Shown here one piece after another: positions 50,660 through 62,233 of a stretch of 64,000 nt of DNA. A program made the translations under genes and the position numbers. Origin of the DNA: Octopus vulgaris (lineage: Eukaryota); NCBI GenBank assembly GCA_951406725.2, contig OX597817.1, positions 33,046,001-33,110,000 of the forward strand. Direction: 5' to 3'. Below the pieces are notes generated by a model that had not been told where the DNA came from, ran no database searches, and saw nothing but the letters and a program-made list of their open reading frames with translations. The stretch's first letter is position 1. The number at the start of each line of letters is the position of its first letter.

Positions 50660-51792
50660 AACAAGCAAAGTTTTGTTTGGGGACAGAAGGACGAAAATGA
50701 TGGTAATAAGAATGAGATTAAACAGACTGAGAAACAAGTAATTATCTTAACGAAATTACATGAGAGATAAAATTATATTTTTTGAGGGGACATTTTCAAT
50801 GGTTAACTCATGAAAACAAGCTGTTAGTAAAGAATACATTGAAAGTGTTAATGGTGAATGAAGTATGAAGGATTGAAAAAAAAAACCGAGAAATCTTAGC
50901 ATCGCAACATTGTTTGGCGAAGGAACGGAATGGAGAGGAAACACATGAGACGAGAGTCTTTAAACAGATAAACTGCAACCGGAAGCGAGTTTTGTTTTGG
51001 GACAGAGGGGCGAAAATAATGGTAATAAGAATGAGATTCAGCAGACCAAGAAATGTGTAATTATCTTACATGGTAATAAGTATGAGATTAAAGAGACCGA
51101 AAAACGAGTAATTATTTTAACAAAATTACATGAGATAAAATATTTTTTTAGGGGACATTTTCAATGGTTAGTTCATGAAAACACTGTGAACAAGGAAAAT
51201 TTTGTTTGGGGACAGAAGGAAGAAAATAATGGTGAAGGAATGGAATGGAGGGGAAACATGAGTTTTTAAACAGATAAACTGCAACCGGAACCGAGTTTAA
51301 TTTGGGGACAGAGGGACAAAAATAATGGTAATAGGAATGAGATTAAACAGACCAAGCAAGAAGTAATTATCTTAAAGAAATTACATGAGAGATAAAATTA
51401 TATTTTTTGAGGGGACATTTTCAATGGTTAGCTCATGAAAACACTGTGAACAAGCAAAGTTTGTTTGGGGGAAAGAAGGACGAAAATAATGGTAATAAGA
51501 ATGAGATTAAGCAAACCGAGAAACAAGTAATTATCTTAACGAATTACATGAGAGTTAAAATTATATTTTTTTTGAGGGGACATTTTCAGTGGTTAGCTCA
51601 TGAAAACAAGCTGTTAGTAAAGAATACATTTAAAGTGTTAATGGCGAATGAAGTATGAAGGATCGGAAAAAGAAGAGAGAAATCTTAGCTTAGCATCACA
51701 ACATCTTTTGGCAAAGGAATGGAGGGGAAACACATGAGACGAGAGTTTTTAAGCAGATAAACTGCAACTGGAAGTGAGTTTAGTTTGGGGAC
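50660..51792. repeat. Complex tandem array of ~150-340-bp subunits
   Basis: Recurrent TTTGGGGACAG...AATGGTAATAAGAATGAGATT, GGGGACATTTTCAATGGTTA.CTCATGAAAACA and CAGATAAACTGCAACCGGAA modules. Confidence 0.85.
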
Positions 51793-52248
51793 TTATAAAT
51801 TCCACTCAGCGACCAAGGTATCATGTAAAAGTGAATGTATCTCATACTGAACTGATAATAGAACTAAGGTTTATATGGCTACATACAATACTTTACCACT
51901 TGACTCTTAGAGAAACCTCAGAGTAAGTGCCATGTATCATTTTGACCTCTACCATACAAATATTTAAATGGTAGTTTAGATATTTTGTTTTTGATACATG
52001 ACATAAACTGTAAGCACTATGGCCACTTGTATGAAATTTAATTTTTGAAAGTAATTCTGTGAAGAGTCAGTTATTTATTGTAGTTTAAATAAACGCTGTT
52101 GATAGTTTAATTTGTTGAGATGGAACTTGTGTTTCTGCACTCTTTTATTTCTTTAGTGGACTCTTTATCATATGTTTAATTCTATTTTCCAAATCTATTT
52201 TTTCACTTACTTGCTGTGTATTCTATCTGAACATTCTCTCCAAATAAA

Positions 52249-53137
52249 TTGTTGGGCAAAGTTCAGAGAGCTCTTACCTCTGCTGGTGACAGAGGGCCTC
52301 TCGTTCAGAGTAAAAGGTAGACGGTATGACGCATGTGTACGAACAGCCGTGCTACATGGCAGTGAAACATGATGCAAGAGAGACAACTGCGCTGGTATGA
52401 TCATGTGGCGAGAATGGATGAGGATAGCTGTGTGAAAAAGTGTCACACCCTAGCAGTTGAGGGAACCTGTGGAAGAGGTAGACCCAGGAAAACCTGGGAT
52501 GAGGTGGTGAAGCATGACCTTCGAACATTAGGCCTCACCGAGGCAATGACTAGTGACCAAGACCATTGGAAATAAGCTGTGCATGAAAAGACCCGGCAAG
52601 CCAAGTGACACCATAACTCGCGGCCTATGCCAGGGGTGCAACCAGCCCACTTATATTTAGCTTTCCTTCATTTGACACTAAACTCTGCATGCGACGACCT
52701 GTTGAGGCAAGTGAAATCAAAATTGAATTAAATTTGATGACTGGCACCCGTACAGAGTGGAGTGCTAATAGCACCATCCAAGTGTGATCATTGCCAGAAC
52801 AGCTGACTGGCTTCCGTGCCGGTGGCATGTGAAAAGACATTTGAGTGAGGTCGTTGCCAGTGCTGCTGGACTAGCTCCTGTGCAGGTGGCACATAAAAAT
52901 CACCATTTGAGCGTGAGTGTTACCAGTACCACCTGACTGTCTCTCGTGCTGGTAGCATGTAAAAGCACCCACTATATCCTCAGAGTGGTTGGCGTTAGGA
53001 AGGGCATCCAGCTGTAGAAACTCTGCCAGATCATATTGGAGCTTGGTGCAACCATCTGGTTTGCCAGTCCTCAAACAAATCGTCCAACCTATGCTAGCAT
53101 GGAAAGTGGACATTAAACGATGATGATGATGATGATG
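52249..53137 (+). mobile_element. 5'-truncated RTE-type LINE: end of ORF (with internal deletion) plus 3' UTR and (GAT)n tail
   Basis: WAKFRELLPLL...KGRRYDACVRTAVLHGSET and RQLRWYDHVARM...GRGRPRKTW are typical RTE C-terminal motifs; ends ...GCATGGAAAGTGGACATTAAACGATGATGATG. Confidence 0.85.
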
Positions 53138-53439
53138 TAAGTAACAAAACGATGTTGCTAAAGTAAAACCTAATTCTTGATTGCGACCACAATAAATTTC
53201 TCTTTTTGCTGGTAACCAACCTAAAAAAGGAGGTAAAATACTTAGGATACTCATTATTGCGGCAGTAGAATGTATCTGGCTGATGCTCAGATTGTAGTTT
53301 ATTTTCATATTTAACAAAAACAGCAGATTTTTTATCCAAAAATGATTTGAATTGTTTTATGTTCTTTTAAAGAGGTTTGAGGAAAAAAACTTTTTTGAGG
53401 TTTTGGAAAGCATGCTATAGTAATAATTCTACCTATAGA

Positions 53440-53655
53440 TTGGCTTCAAATTTTGGCTCAAGGCCTGCAATTGGGGAGAAGGGAGTAAGTTGATTATATT
53501 GACCCCAGTGCTTAGCTGGTACTTATTTTATTGACCCTGAAAGAAAGGAAGACAAAGTCAACCTTAGTGGAATTTAAACTCAGAATGTAATGACAAATGA
53601 AATACTGCTAAGCATTTTGTCCAGCGTGCTATCGGTTCTGCCTGCTCGCTGCCTT
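53440..53655 (-). mobile_element. tRNA-derived SINE (same family as 2438-2876)
   Basis: Reverse complement of GGCAGCGAGCAGGCAGAACCGATAGCACGCTGGACAAAATGCTTAGC... Confidence 0.78.
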
Positions 53656-55100
53656 AGTTCTACCAAATATATTAGAAAGATTATTGTTTTTTTTCATGGA
53701 TATGTCTTTAAAATTTATTAAGTCAACAAAATTTGATTTGTCAATATTTTAAATACTTCAGTGTTTCAGGCTGTTTATATTTTATTATTTTTATCATTTT
53801 AATTTCTAAAACATCAAGGAACACACAACACAACACACACATTTAATATATATTTCCTATATAGCTTGCATTTTAATACACTCATCATAAACTATTGACT
53901 GCAGATCAGAAATATATTGGCACCTTTGGAGAGTATTGCATCTTTCAGCAATGCTTACAGCATAGCATGCTTTTCTGTCTCTATATCTTACTTTCATAAG
54001 TGCAGTAACCATACTAACAAGGGGTAGCTGCAACTGCTTAATTATTTGGTAGCAATTGTACTTTATCATTAGCTGAAAAAAAAATTTTTTTCCTGCTCAC
54101 AACTTCAGCCTTCATTTCAAATGCTTATGCTATATCTATGGTTAAGGCATTATGTGCTTCTTTCTAGTTTTCCACTCGCATTGGTGGGAGAATGTGTACA
54201 GTATGCCATTTCCACTAGAAGGAGTGCACATGGTTTCTGTTCATGAATGTATATTTGTAACGGTGTGATGAGACACTGCTTTTCCAACTACTACAAAAAA
54301 ATCTGCGGAAGATTACTAGATTCCTCGATACTAGCTTGAAACTATGGTACTGAAGTAACCAGACACTAAATCTCTATGTATCTATTAATAAATGTATATA
54401 TGAGTGTATGTGTAAATATACAGATACATGCAATTATATAAGATAAAATAAATAAATAAATGGATCTGCTGTTGATTTTGATGTGTATTCCAGTTGTTTG
54501 ACCACCTGACTTATCTCCTCATTAAATTAGTAACTGAGTATAGTGTCAGTAACTGAGTATAGTTGTATTCAGAATGTAATTCTCGCACAAAATCAGCAGA
54601 GCACAGTATGTGACAAGATTGGTCTTTTGATTTACAGGTGCAGACCATCAGACTGGCTCGCACACAGTTTCTACATTCTTAGTTATACTCTTAAGGCCTT
54701 ATGACAATCTATCCAAAGCCATTCTAAAACACATATACTCAAGCTGCCCTACAGTGGGGGGGGGGGTCAAGATTGGCACCTTTTGATAGTGAAACAAATG
54801 CTTTAGCCACCAAGTGATGCCTATGCACCCACTTGTTTACGCACATACACACACACACACACATACACACACACAGTCACACACACATCTTGATGTTTAT
54901 TATCACAAGAGGATTTACAAAAATCAGATCATAGATTGGTTTCATAACGACATCTGTACACTCTTTCTGGTTCTATCTTTCTCTCTCCTTCGTCTGATTG
55001 TGTTTGTAATATATAGGAAATTGCCTGTTGTTAGATGTTTTTCATTTTATGCCAGTCCATTGTGGTTGTGAGTTGCATTTAGAGTTATTATTGTTACCAG

Positions 55101-55286
55101 GTTCAATAGGTTCATCTGATTCTGCAAGTCCAACTAGTAGTCTGAACAGCTACCAGCACCAGTACGAAACTGATTCTGGACACAACAGCATTGCTTCCTC
55201 CAACTTTGATAGTCGCAGCACCAGCTCAATTGGCTCATCCAACTCTCCAACTCCAGCTAGACGTATCAATCATGTTCCACAGAGCG
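55101..55286 (+). CDS. RAPGEF2: PDZ-GEF exon, Ser-rich tail with DSGHNS degron-like motif
   Basis: taccag|GT TCA ... AGC G|gtaagg; 186 nt, phase 1-1. Confidence 0.87.
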
Positions 55287-55338
55287 GTAAGGCCTGTCTC
55301 TAAAATTCTTTGTTAATTTTGTCATGTGAAAGTTATCT

Positions 55339-55375
55339 CATTATTATTATTATTATTATCATTATTATTATTACT

Positions 55376-55406
<31 letters not shown>

Positions 55407-55430
55407 TTTTTATTATTATTATTGTTATTA
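55339..55430. repeat. (TAT)n microsatellite
   Basis: Direct reading; explains the poly-Ile ORF at 55310-55543. Confidence 0.9.
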
Positions 55431-55764
55431 CTTTTTATTTAATGATGTCCTATTATAGTGAAATATGGAGTTCGTATTCGGACAGTATTTTGGCTTTTTC
55501 ATGTAGAATTATCTTGATTGTTCAAAATTTCCAGGTCAAATAATTTTTTTTTTTTGTTTCCAATTTTAATATCTTTTCATTTCCTTCACTGAAATAATTG
55601 CAATATAGTTTTATGTTGGTAGTGGAGTTTTGCATGCCCTGTTGTTATGTCACTGTGTATATTTTTCACCAATGTGAGCAGTCTGAGCAAATCCAAATTT
55701 AATTTCTACTTGTAGTATTTATTTATAGGCCACAATGAAAAAATGTCCCAAGAAGACTCACAAT

Positions 55765-56035
55765 TATATATATACATATATAATTTTGTGTGTATGTATG
55801 TGTGTGTGTGTATATATGTACATGCATATGTCTGTGTGTGTGTATATGTATTTATGTATGCATCTGACAGTGTGTTTGTATGTGTGTATGTATATATATG
55901 TGTGTGTGCATATAATGTTCACTATCACACATCTATGTGCATGTTTTGCATATATATGTATGCATGTATATGAATGTATGTGTATATAGGCACGTGTGGA
56001 TATGTGTATATATATTAGTGCGTGTATGTACATTA
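55765..56035. repeat. Compound (TG/TA/TATG)n microsatellite
   Basis: Direct reading; source of several spurious V/C/Y/M-rich ORFs. Confidence 0.85.
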
Positions 56036-56943
56036 CACATACTGTTTTCCCCATTGTCTTAACACATGCAAAAAAAAAAAAGAGAAAAGAAAGAGTTGTG
56101 GAAAAGTTTTATTTGAGAATATTTTATAATAAATATAAAAAAAAAAAAAAGAATGAACCAATTAGTTTTTAATGAAATATGTTTCTTGGAAAAAACAGTT
56201 TCAACTTACATATATAGAAATTAGGTATTTAGTTGAAAAAGATCTTGTCTAAAAACCCTGTGAAATTACTATTTTTCACAATGTGTAATGCATGTATGAA
56301 TAAAGTTAATCAAAAAAACCAATAAAAGTCAAAGTGATGTTCACACCCAATATTAGGTTGACTCTCAAAGAAGGAAAAAAGTTATAGATTAAAAGTAGAG
56401 CATTTTGGACATAATCCTTTACTGAATACAAGAAAGAAGTACAGATAAAGACAAGGAAGTGAAGAGAGGAAACCAGAGTGATCATTGAACTGATGCTGGT
56501 TGTGCTTATATATATATTATGGTCACTCTTTAAAGTGAGAGTCAACAATTAGTATATTTTTGTTGTTCATCTTCAACAAAATACATCTATTTAAATTTGA
56601 TACCTGCAGAATTAAATTTAACAGACATAGCTTTGTAGAAATATTAATCAATAATAATTTTAGGTTCATAGATTATATTTTTTTTTCTATAGTAAATTTT
56701 ACTCTTGCTTTGTATGTAGAAAGCTAAGGGGAGAAAAACATGTACATTTATACTGTGGTTTTATATTAACATATAATTAATATTATTATTGTTCTTAGTG
56801 GATTGGTGTAATCGTTAGAGTTTGGTAGATTGGCAGAAATATTAGGGCATTGGACAAAATTCCTTGTGATATTTAGTTATGGCTCTTTATATTCTGAATT
56901 TAAATACTGTCAAGGTTGACTTTGTCTTTCATCTTTTTGGGTT

Positions 56944-57302
56944 TGCACGTAAAAAGCACCATTTGAGCATGGTTGATACCAGTCCCACCGGACTGGCTGC
57001 CGTGCTGGTGGCATGTAAAATGCACCATACGAACATGGTCAACGCCAGTGCCATTGTCACATAAAAAGCACCATTTGAGTGTGGTCGATGCCAGTATTGC
57101 CTGACTTGTTCTCGTGCTGGTGGCACATAAAAAGCACCCACTACACTCTCGGAATGGTTATCGTTAGGAAGGGCATCCAGCTGTAGAAACCTTGCCAGGT
57201 CAGATTGGAGGCTGGTGTAGACTTCTGGCTTGCCAGTCCTCAGTTAAACTGTCCAACCCATGCCAGCATGAAAATCAGATGTTAAACGATGATGATGATG
57301 AT
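56944..57302 (+). mobile_element. (GAT)n-tailed RTE 3'-end/SINE fragment nested in a tRNA-SINE (~56820-57370)
   Basis: Ends CCCATGCCAGCATGAAAATCAGATGTTAAACGATGATGATG; host SINE sequence lies on both sides. Confidence 0.8.
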
Positions 57303-59453
57303 ATCAAATACTGGGGTTGATTGAATTAACTAACTCACTCTTCAAATTTCTGATCTTGTGTCTATAGTAGCAACAACTGTTATTATAAAGGCAATACTGA
57401 CATTGTAGGGAGCTGAAATCCTTCATGGGTTTAGTTTACTTTTTACCTTACCCGCTTTTTAGTACTCAATAAAATGGGTATCAGTCATGTACAGAGATTG
57501 ATTAAATTGATCACAATTAATTGTTCCTCAGCACCTGCAAATGTTAGAAATCCTTATTCAGAAGTTATAAATCATTGTTATGGGCAGCGTAATGGCAGAA
57601 TAAATAATGTTAGACTAAATCCTTTACAATATTTACTTTCTTCTCTCTTCATTCTGAGTTCAAATCCCACCAGGATTGATCTTGCCTTTCATTCTCAAGG
57701 GCTGATAAAGTATGTACCAGTTATATTATAAGGCTATTTCAATCAACTATATTCCCTCTCTAACAAATTACTAACCTTGAACCAGTGTAGGAGCTCATTG
57801 TATTATCAGATTATCAGTTAATCTGGATTAAATGACAAAATGCTTGCATTGCTTCTTCTTTTGTTTTCAGTTCAAATTCTACCTACATAAATTTTGTCTT
57901 TCACCTATTTTTGTAGTAATTTAGAATATATAAACATTTGTAACATTATGGAATTGATTGCCCTCTTGAATAACTAACCTTATCTTCAGTTAAAAGAAAT
58001 CCTTATTTTACTTAGATAAGTTTCACAGCTTTCTACATTTGCACATCAATATGTCAAATTTAAGGCTTGTGTTTTCTACTCCTGTCAATCAGAAAATAGA
58101 AATAGCACCTTCTGTAGCCTAAACTAATTAATGTTGCTAAAGGAGTCTAAATGCTTGACATGTTAAGCATTTAGTCAGCTTTTGGTTATATAAATGTGTT
58201 GGATTGGACAGAATTTCATCAAGCCATTTATTAGTGTAGTTAGTTTTGGTTCTTCCATTAATTTTATAAGCCTCTCTGGCTAAAATGTAAAGCTTAAAAC
58301 CTTAAGCTCTATGTGCAATGTCTACCACAGTATGAAGGCTAACTTGTCAATGTGTCCACCAATAACGAAACAAATATTTCATTTTTCCTGATAGGACAAT
58401 AGGAAATCCTCTTAAAAACCCCAGACAATGTGGTGCATGGCTTATATTTCCTATTGTTGGAACTGACAAAGGATTGTTATTATTTTAGTGTATTATTATG
58501 AAGCAAAATTTTATGATGAGTGATCAATTTGTGATCTGGAAAAATATTTGTATACTCATATGTTGATTGTTGCGATTACCTTTTATATAGTTCGTTAGCT
58601 TTTAACAATATACAAATAGCTACAAATTGGTAGTCTTACATAATCATACACAAAAGTAATAATTTTAGTGTATGTGCACGAGGGAAAGAGTGTATAAATA
58701 TAATGATTAATTCTGTGTGTGTGTATATATATATATGTATTAAAAATTTAGATTGCTTTCTAAGTTGGTAAAGGCTGTTGGACATTTTTGTAGGATTCAA
58801 CAAGTGAAGGATAGTGCCAGCCCCCAATATTTCAGTTTTGGTATGATTTCTACAGCTGGATGCCCTTCATAATGCCAACCACTTAGTAGTGTGCTGGATG
58901 CTTTTTTTTTCATGACACCAACACTATTGAGGTCACCTTGCAATTTGCAAGACTAAAGAATCTCTATTACTGAAAGGAGAATAGGAGAGAAAGAGATTGA
59001 ATGATGACTTTAGACTAGATGGTGTGAGAGAATAAAATATGATGAACATATTGTTGTGCAAAGGTGGCAGTGGTGAAAGTAAAAGAGGAGACACTATAAT
59101 AATATTGTAGTTTAACCATGTCAATTTTGTGTTTACATTCGTATATGAAAATGTTTCTTTATTTACTATATTTTAAAATATTTTATTGAGTATCATTATG
59201 GCCATTGTTTCTACTCTGAGGAATACTGTGTAACAAACCTCCCCCATTCTTCTTTGTTTATATTTTTATGTGCATATTTGATGTTTTAGTTAATATGAAA
59301 ATTGTTTCCTTTTTGTATGAAATGTATGTATAGTCTTGATAAATATGTCAGTAAATGTTATTTGTTGAATGAGTATTTGGAAAATACAAATATTGTAGTG
59401 TTCCTCTGTGTGTATGTATGTATACATATATACATTATATATATATATATATA

Positions 59454-60353
59454 TAGTTATCCCATAAATAATGTGTTTTTTTATACTTCTTTTATTTTTC
59501 AAAATTAAGATAAACAAAGTTCTTTTTTAATTTAAAATATACTCTCCTTCATTTCCTGCAATGCTCTTCCATCTATCTAGTAGACTTGCAAGGCCCCTCT
59601 TCCAAAATTCACTTGTCCGTGATGAAAAATACTCCTCCAGTGCTGTTCTGACCTCTTCTACAGAATTCATATTTTTTGTGTCCAAATGATTTTGAAGACT
59701 GTAGAATAAATGATAATCAGGCGGGACAATGTCTGGCAAATATGGTGGGTGGGGCATCGTTTCCCATCTGAACTGCTCCAGTCTTTGGAATGTCATCCTC
59801 GCTGTATGTGGCTGAGCATTATCTTGATGGAAGAACACCTTCATCTTGAAACCAAAGATGGTCTTTTTTCTTCTAGTGCAGGTGTCGATGAATGGTTGAA
59901 TGATTAAATCCAAGCATCTCTCCTAGTTCCTCAACAGTTATGATGGGATTTTGTTCTACCAGGGTTTTGTAGGACGTTCTCATCAAACTCTATCGATCTT
60001 CCAGAATGAGGCTCATCTTCTAGGCTGTAGTTTCTGGCTCGGAATTTCTGGAACCACTGTTGACACTGGTTTACGCTTATTGTCTGATCCCCATATACTC
60101 TGTTAATATTCCTTGCACTTTCCATTGCATTGTTGCCTTTATTGAACTCATAAGGCAAAATATGTTCCTTTGTCACTTCCATTATAGCTTTGAAAAATAA
60201 CTATTAAAATCAAACTGCACTAAGAATGAGGACAAGGTAAAATTTCCTACCTGCTTTTATAGCAAGTTGATGCAGGTAGCTTATCCTGCCCCCCCCCCCT
60301 CAAACTTTTAGTTCATGCAATTGAAAAAAACCACATTATTTATGAGATAACCC
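59454..60353 (-). mobile_element. Internally deleted mariner transposon (second family)
   Basis: TIRs GTTATCCCATAAATAATGTG / CACATTATTTATGAGATAACCC in TA context; minus-strand fragments with WFQKFR HTH, HQDNAQPH and PYLPDIVPPDYHLF. Confidence 0.9.
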
Positions 60354-60639
60354 TATATATATATGTATATATATGTATATATATATGAATTGTGTACTGT
60401 CTGTTGTAGAACTTAGCTGTGTAAGTGTTAGTATTTTATTTACTTATTTGTTTTGGCAAGTTTATTTGTACTGTTTGTCTTTTGTCCATTTTGCCTGTTT
60501 TTTGTTTACATCTGTTGTCCTATGTTGTCTTTATATGTCACTTGTCTTTTGTCTACATGTTCACTTAATATGGTTTCTTTTAAGTAGGGACAAGAATTAA
60601 GAACTATTAAGGGGAAAAATATTAGGAGTGGTAGTGTAA

Positions 60640-60859
60640 CCCTTTAGCATTCATATTACTCTGTTAAATCAGATACAGTGCTTATTAGTTAACATTGTTG
60701 TGAATTAATCATTCCTTATTTTGTAGCTTCAAGTTTTTGATAATGTTTGCTTATTTTAGAAGGACATTGTAGGGTAGGTGTAAGAAGCTAAATCTAGCCA
60801 CTTTGAACATAAAACAAAGAATATTTGGGCTGAACTTGGCCAGTTTAAATGCTAAAGGG
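60640..60859. mobile_element. piggyBac-like MITE, family A (opposite orientation)
   Basis: CCCTTTAGCATT ... AATGCTAAAGGG|TTAA; internal sequence is the reverse complement of 3667-3885. Confidence 0.82.
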
Positions 60860-62044
60860 TTAATTTCAATATATATTTATTTCATTTTTTTTCTAAGTAA
60901 TTTCAGATTATTAACTGCATGGTTCTAATATTAAAACTTTGTAACATTTAAAAAATTTCTTTATTTTTATAATGCTACACATCCAATTTTAAAAATGGAT
61001 GCCATAACACATACATACACACATTACATGCATATATGAATACAATTAGTTACAAAAATTTCAGTTTCTTTTTGTTTTTGCTTTCATTCTGTATAAAACA
61101 TTGAGGGTAGTAGCCTTATATATTGTTTTTGGGTTTGATTTTTTTTTAGCTTAAATTTTGTTATTAGTGAATTATTATTGTTTGTGCCAATGCTCCTGCA
61201 TGGCCAGGACTGCGATGTTTTAAACCAAACTTTTCAGTATGTTTGCTGTAATGTTGACAACTGTGTTTGTCTTGGTAACCTTATTTATTTAGTGCTTTAG
61301 TAAGTCATTATTTTTATATAATGTTTTTTTTTTATTTGCTGCACATCGTTTGTCTCTCTCTGCAGAGCAGCAAAATTTCAGGAGTGGGTTAACTTTGACA
61401 AAAGGAAAAGAGAGAGAGAAAAAAAAAGCATTTAAATGTTTAATCAAATGTGATTATATCTAATCTGTCGGTGCATTTGTTAAAGAGAAATTCTGATTCA
61501 ATTAAGGTTGATAAACCTATGATTTGAAAAATATTTTTCTTTTAATTAATGGAGATTTTTCATTTAATTAATGGAGATTTTTCAGATTGCTCTTCTGTTA
61601 GTTGTTAATTATTTTTACTTTTCTCTTTAGGAAGCAAAAAAAAACAAACCTAATGTATCTTAAGTTTTTTTCTTAACAGATTTACTTACATTCCAAATTT
61701 GGAATTTTTATTTTGATAGATGTCCAGCACAGGAAAGGTGGGACATCGAAAACCTTACTGGATATTTGACAAACAAGGGGTAATCACACAAGTTCAATGT
61801 TTGTCTGTCTGGTGTCCAGTATTAGTTAAAAGTGAACCCTTGTATGTACCTCTGTATGTCCAATATTTACATATCACCTGTATGTCTGTGTCTGCTCAAC
61901 CCCCTTCATCACCTTTGTTGGTCTTGTGCTTTCTCTTTAGTAGTTAGTTAAGTAGGTCTACCAGCTGTCGATGGAAGAAAAATAAAAAAAATCAAACAAG
62001 AGATACAGACAGAGACTTCATTATTGAAACTCATTTACTTGCAG

Positions 62045-62233
62045 CAGTTCTTCCAACATTAACCTATCAAGCTCCATCACCACCAGTTATTGTGGCATCC
62101 GTCATGCCACCATCTCCCACCTCTTGCTTGTTTCCCTCTCAAGTACAGCAACCACATCTTGGCACCAACATCCCGCGTCCACCACTGCCACCATACCATG
62201 TTGCAGTGCAGAGTGCTTCAATGAACTCTTCAG
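62045..62233 (+). CDS. RAPGEF2: PDZ-GEF exon, Pro-rich tail with PY-like motif (RPPLPPYHVAVQ)
   Basis: ttgcag|CAG (tandem acceptor) ... TCA G|gtgaga; 189 nt, phase 1-1; resembles RAPGEF2 PPDYNVALQ; absent from the ORF track because it has no start codon. Confidence 0.82.

Larger units (their letters stand above)
7879..62233 (+). other. RAPGEF2: PDZ-GEF / Rap guanine nucleotide exchange factor 2/6-like gene, partial (23 coding exons traced; 5' end and probably the terminal exon lie outside the window)
   Basis: Exons joined by hand at GT-AG boundaries give one open frame of 3406 nt. Domain order cNMP-BD, REM, PDZ, RA, RasGEF is diagnostic of RAPGEF2/6 and Drosophila PDZ-GEF. Confidence 0.95.

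Noticed and set aside
50660-51792. CRISPR-like array
   Set aside because: Eukaryotic intron; the units are long and variable with no unique spacers and no cas genes.
54530-61582. Short tandem duplications (54530-54563; 61541-61583) and a 28-bp palindrome (58147-58174)
   Set aside because: Typical slippage or template-switch scars with no evidence of function.
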